A DNA stretch of 39,730 nt from a bacterium (GTDB taxonomy: Bacteria > SZUA-182 > DTGQ01): the NCBI GenBank assembly GCA_049472445.1, contig JBLIRT010000005.1, positions 1 to 39,730 on the forward strand. Reading direction: 5' to 3'. The translations under genes were made by a program, and so were the position numbers. This document shows, one piece after another, positions 37,068-39,730 of this stretch; the stretch's first letter is position 1, and every line of letters starts with the position of its first letter. Under the pieces are notes generated by a model. That model made no database searches. It was given only the letters and a program-made list of their open reading frames with translations, and was not told where the DNA came from.

Positions 37068-37844
37068 ATGAAGCCTGACATAGACCGCTACTGGAAGCTT
37101 GAGTCTCCCATTCACGTCTGGGATCCGCGCTTTAAGATTTTTTCTCTGATCTTCCTGGCCTTTACCATCTCATCCGTCCAGCGGATTTCTACAGCTCTGG
37201 CCTGCCTTGTTCTTTCCCTTCTGCTCCTGCAATTGACCAGGATTCCCTTCTCCTTTTCGTTGAAACGATTAGCTGCGGTGACCATGTTTGTCGGCCCCTT
37301 TTTTGTTATTATGCCGCTGACTACCAGGGTTCAGCCCGGTGACACCATTTATTTCTTTACTCACCTGCGGTTTCTTGAGATCAATACCCGAGGGCTGCTT
37401 CTAGCCGGCCAGGTGTATATAAAAGCTGTCGCTATTGTCTTACTGGTGGTTCCCATGTTCGGTACGAATCGTTTCGATATCTCCATAAAGGCCATGGAGA
37501 GGCTCAAGGTTCCGAATAGCGTGATCCAGATGATATTATTTTCGTACAGATACATCTTTGTCTTCCTGGCCGAATTAAAACGGATGTCACTGGCTATGAG
37601 GATTCGGAAATTTACACCGTCGACAGATCTTCACACCCTGAAAACCTATGGCAATTTTTTAGGCACCCTGCTGGTGAGGAGCTTTGAAAGAACCGAGGAG
37701 GTTTATCAGGCCATGTTGAGCCGAGGCTATAGAGGTGTTCTGAAGATCCATTTCGATTATCAGACCGGGGCTAAAGATCTGGTGAAAAGTACTTTGATCT
37801 TTGCGGCTATTTCCGGTATTATCTATTTTGATCGATTCTTTTAA
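37068..37844 (+). CDS. cbiQ: ECF transmembrane T component CbiQ/NikQ
   Basis: SPIHVWDPRFK, YRYIFVF, LLVRSFER, AMLSRGY. Confidence 0.92.
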   Translation: MKPDIDRYWKLESPIHVWDPRFKIFSLIFLAFTISSVQRISTALACLVLSLLLLQLTRIPFSFSLKRLAAVTMFVGPFFVIMPLTTRVQPGDTIYFFTHLRFLEINTRGLLLAGQVYIKAVAIVLLVVPMFGTNRFDISIKAMERLKVPNSVIQMILFSYRYIFVFLAELKRMSLAMRIRKFTPSTDLHTLKTYGNFLGTLLVRSFERTEEVYQAMLSRGYRGVLKIHFDYQTGAKDLVKSTLIFAAISGIIYFDRFF

Positions 37845-37857
37845 GGGAGCCTTATTC

Positions 37858-38643
37858 GTGGCTGAAAGATTGCCGGCTATTACCATAGAGGACCTGCATT
37901 TCACCTATCCTGACGGCACTATAGCCCTGCGCGGTGTTCATCTGACGATTTATGAGGGAGAGGCAGTCGCTCTGGTAGGCAGGAACGGATCGGGGAAATC
38001 AACCCTGATTAAGCATCTGAACGGTATCTACCAGGCTGATAAGGGAAAGATTACCGTCGATGGTTTGCCGGTTATCGAAGAAAATCTGCAGCTTATTCGC
38101 TCCCGGATAGGCATTGTCTTTCAGGATCCGGATAATCAGCTTTTTTGTTCTACTCTTTACGATGATGTAGCTTTCGGGCCGATCAATATGGATAAGGACA
38201 GAGAGACAATAGGCCGGAGGGTTCGAGAATCGCTTGAACAGGTAGGTCTTTGGCCGCTGGCTGAACTGCCTCCCCATGATCTGAGCTTTGGCCAGAGGAA
38301 GCGGGCAGCCATGGCTACGGTTCTTTCCATGCAGCCAAGAATTATGATTTTCGATGAACCTACCAGCAATCTTGATCCCAAAAACGAGGCTGTCATGACC
38401 GATATTATTGCTAACCTTGGCTGTACAAGAATATTAATCAGTCACGACCTGCCCATTCTCTATCAGGTCTGTGAGAAGGTGATTATCATGAAGGAGGGTC
38501 AGATTGAGCATATTCTTCCCATGCAGGATTTTATTTCAGATCGCGAGCTGCTCCGGGCCAATGGTCTGGACTTTACCTTCAAATGCGACTGCTGCAGTAA
38601 CCATGATCACCCGTCACCTCCTGACCTTGAGTTAAGATCATGA
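37858..38643 (+). CDS. cbiO: ECF ATPase CbiO/NikO, copy 1
   Basis: GTG 37858 after AAGGGAG; GRNGSGKST, FQDPDNQLF, LSFGQRKR, FDEPT, SHD. Confidence 0.92.
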   Translation: MAERLPAITIEDLHFTYPDGTIALRGVHLTIYEGEAVALVGRNGSGKSTLIKHLNGIYQADKGKITVDGLPVIEENLQLIRSRIGIVFQDPDNQLFCSTLYDDVAFGPINMDKDRETIGRRVRESLEQVGLWPLAELPPHDLSFGQRKRAAMATVLSMQPRIMIFDEPTSNLDPKNEAVMTDIIANLGCTRILISHDLPILYQVCEKVIIMKEGQIEHILPMQDFISDRELLRANGLDFTFKCDCCSNHDHPSPPDLELRS

Positions 38644-39443
38644 GTCACAAGAAACCGATTGTTCAGGTCCAGAATATTTTCTTTTCCTACCATCACAGCC
38701 GAACCGATTCCTTACGGGGAATCAGTTTTGAAATCCGTGAGGGAGAGTCGGTAGCTCTGGTCGGGCCCAACGGGGCCGGCAAATCAACCCTGGCCAGGCA
38801 TCTTACCGGCATACTTTTTGCCCGCTCAGGGTCGGTGCTCATCGACGGCGTATCAGCAGGTCCCTCTACCCTGAAACATATCCGCGATGTAGTCGGTCTT
38901 GTTTTCCAGAATCCTGATGACCAGCTTTTCTGTCCAACCGTAGGTGAAGAGATTGAATTCGGATTGACGAATATGAAGTTGTCTCCTTCCGTGATTCATA
39001 ACCGGACTATTGAATCAGCAAAAGCCATGAATATCCAGCATCTCCTTCGGAAACCGGCCCACCACCTGAGCGGAGGAGAAAAGAAAAGAGCGGCTATAGC
39101 CGCTGTACTGGCCATGAATCCCAAAATCCTTATCCTCGACGAACCTACAGCTAATCTGGATCCGCAAAATGAAAAGGCACTCACCGATCTTATCAATTCC
39201 CTGAACTGCACGAAGCTGATCATCAGCCATGACCTGCCTATCTTATTCCAGACGTGCCAGCGTATTCTGGTCATGGTTGATGGCCAGGTACGGAAGGATT
39301 GTTCCGTACCGGCGTTTATGCTTGACCGGAATCTCATTCTGGAGCATGGTTTGGATTACCGGTTTAAATGCAAGTGTTGTAAGGCCATTCATCCTGAACG
39401 ATTCCTGGCTACCACAACAAGTGTAAATGCCCTGGAGCCTTAG
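38640..39443 (+). CDS. cbiO: ECF ATPase CbiO/NikO, copy 2
   Basis: ATGA overlap; GPNGAGKST, FQNPDDQLF, LSGGEKKR, LDEPT, SHD. Confidence 0.92.
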   Translation: MSHKKPIVQVQNIFFSYHHSRTDSLRGISFEIREGESVALVGPNGAGKSTLARHLTGILFARSGSVLIDGVSAGPSTLKHIRDVVGLVFQNPDDQLFCPTVGEEIEFGLTNMKLSPSVIHNRTIESAKAMNIQHLLRKPAHHLSGGEKKRAAIAAVLAMNPKILILDEPTANLDPQNEKALTDLINSLNCTKLIISHDLPILFQTCQRILVMVDGQVRKDCSVPAFMLDRNLILEHGLDYRFKCKCCKAIHPERFLATTTSVNALEP

Positions 39444-39509
39444 TACACGGCGACTTACTTACGCAACCAGATAGCCCCCTCACCCTACCATCTCCCCCGA
39501 AAGGGACTC

Positions 39510-39586
39510 GGTTTCAGGTTTCAGTGTTCAGGTTTCAGATCTTGTCCTTTTCAATGCTGACACCTGAAACCTGACACCTGGCACCT
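39510..39586. repeat. Intergenic heptamer-based palindromic repeat, copy 2
   Basis: GGTTTCAGGTTTCAGTGTTCAGGTTTCAG...CTGACACCTGAAACCTGACACCTGGCACCT. Confidence 0.8.
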
Positions 39587-39730
39587 CTATGAAAAGAGGG
39601 ATAAAGGAAGGCAACCTTAAAGACCAACCGGCTGCGTAATTCCCGCTACGTGTACTTAGAGCCTTACCTTACCCTGACTGTTCCGGACAGAAGAGTATAC
39701 CTGAGGGCAGACCTCAGAGAACAAAGATTA

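Noticed and set aside
1-39730. tRNA, rRNA, prophage or anti-phage defence genes
   Set aside because: None recognised by eye. A tRNAscan/Infernal/DefenseFinder run would be needed to exclude divergent cases.

Overview
Bacterial chromosomal window; the gene content suggests an anaerobe, but taxonomy cannot be fixed from sequence alone. Left to right: (1) a minus-strand sulfate-activation operon (RHH regulator, sat, cysC, AlkP-superfamily protein running off the window); (2) a GAF-class III nucleotide cyclase pseudogene cut by a 3'-truncated IS66; (3) an isochorismatase-family hydrolase, a secreted Ig-repeat protein, a secreted Gly/Tyr-rich protein, an alpha/beta hydrolase and an MFS transporter; (4) an orphan, divergent IF-2, lon and a DhnA-type aldolase; (5) a second Gly/Tyr-rich secreted protein under a sigma54 promoter, an FmdB zinc-ribbon protein, a degenerate LexA-like repressor and a large M4-like metallopeptidase with FN3 and a CFI-type tail; (6) a CbiM/PDGLE-like S-component translationally coupled to a membrane-bound HAMP-PAS-PAS sigma54 activator, flanked by two outward-facing sigma54 promoters that share the upstream motif TGTTTCA-N4-TGCAATAC, one facing the peptidase and one facing a cytochrome c / Rieske / Ca-binding lipoprotein / nonaheme cytochrome cluster with no cytochrome b; (7) an Slp lipoprotein and a NikKLMQO-type Ni/Co ECF transporter with an attenuator-like leader and two ATPases carrying CxCC tails. 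The best candidates for undescribed biology are the S-component/sigma54-activator module with its local regulon, the shared C-terminal 'RLxxLGY' tag in the sulfate-activation operon, and the leader of the metal transporter operon.
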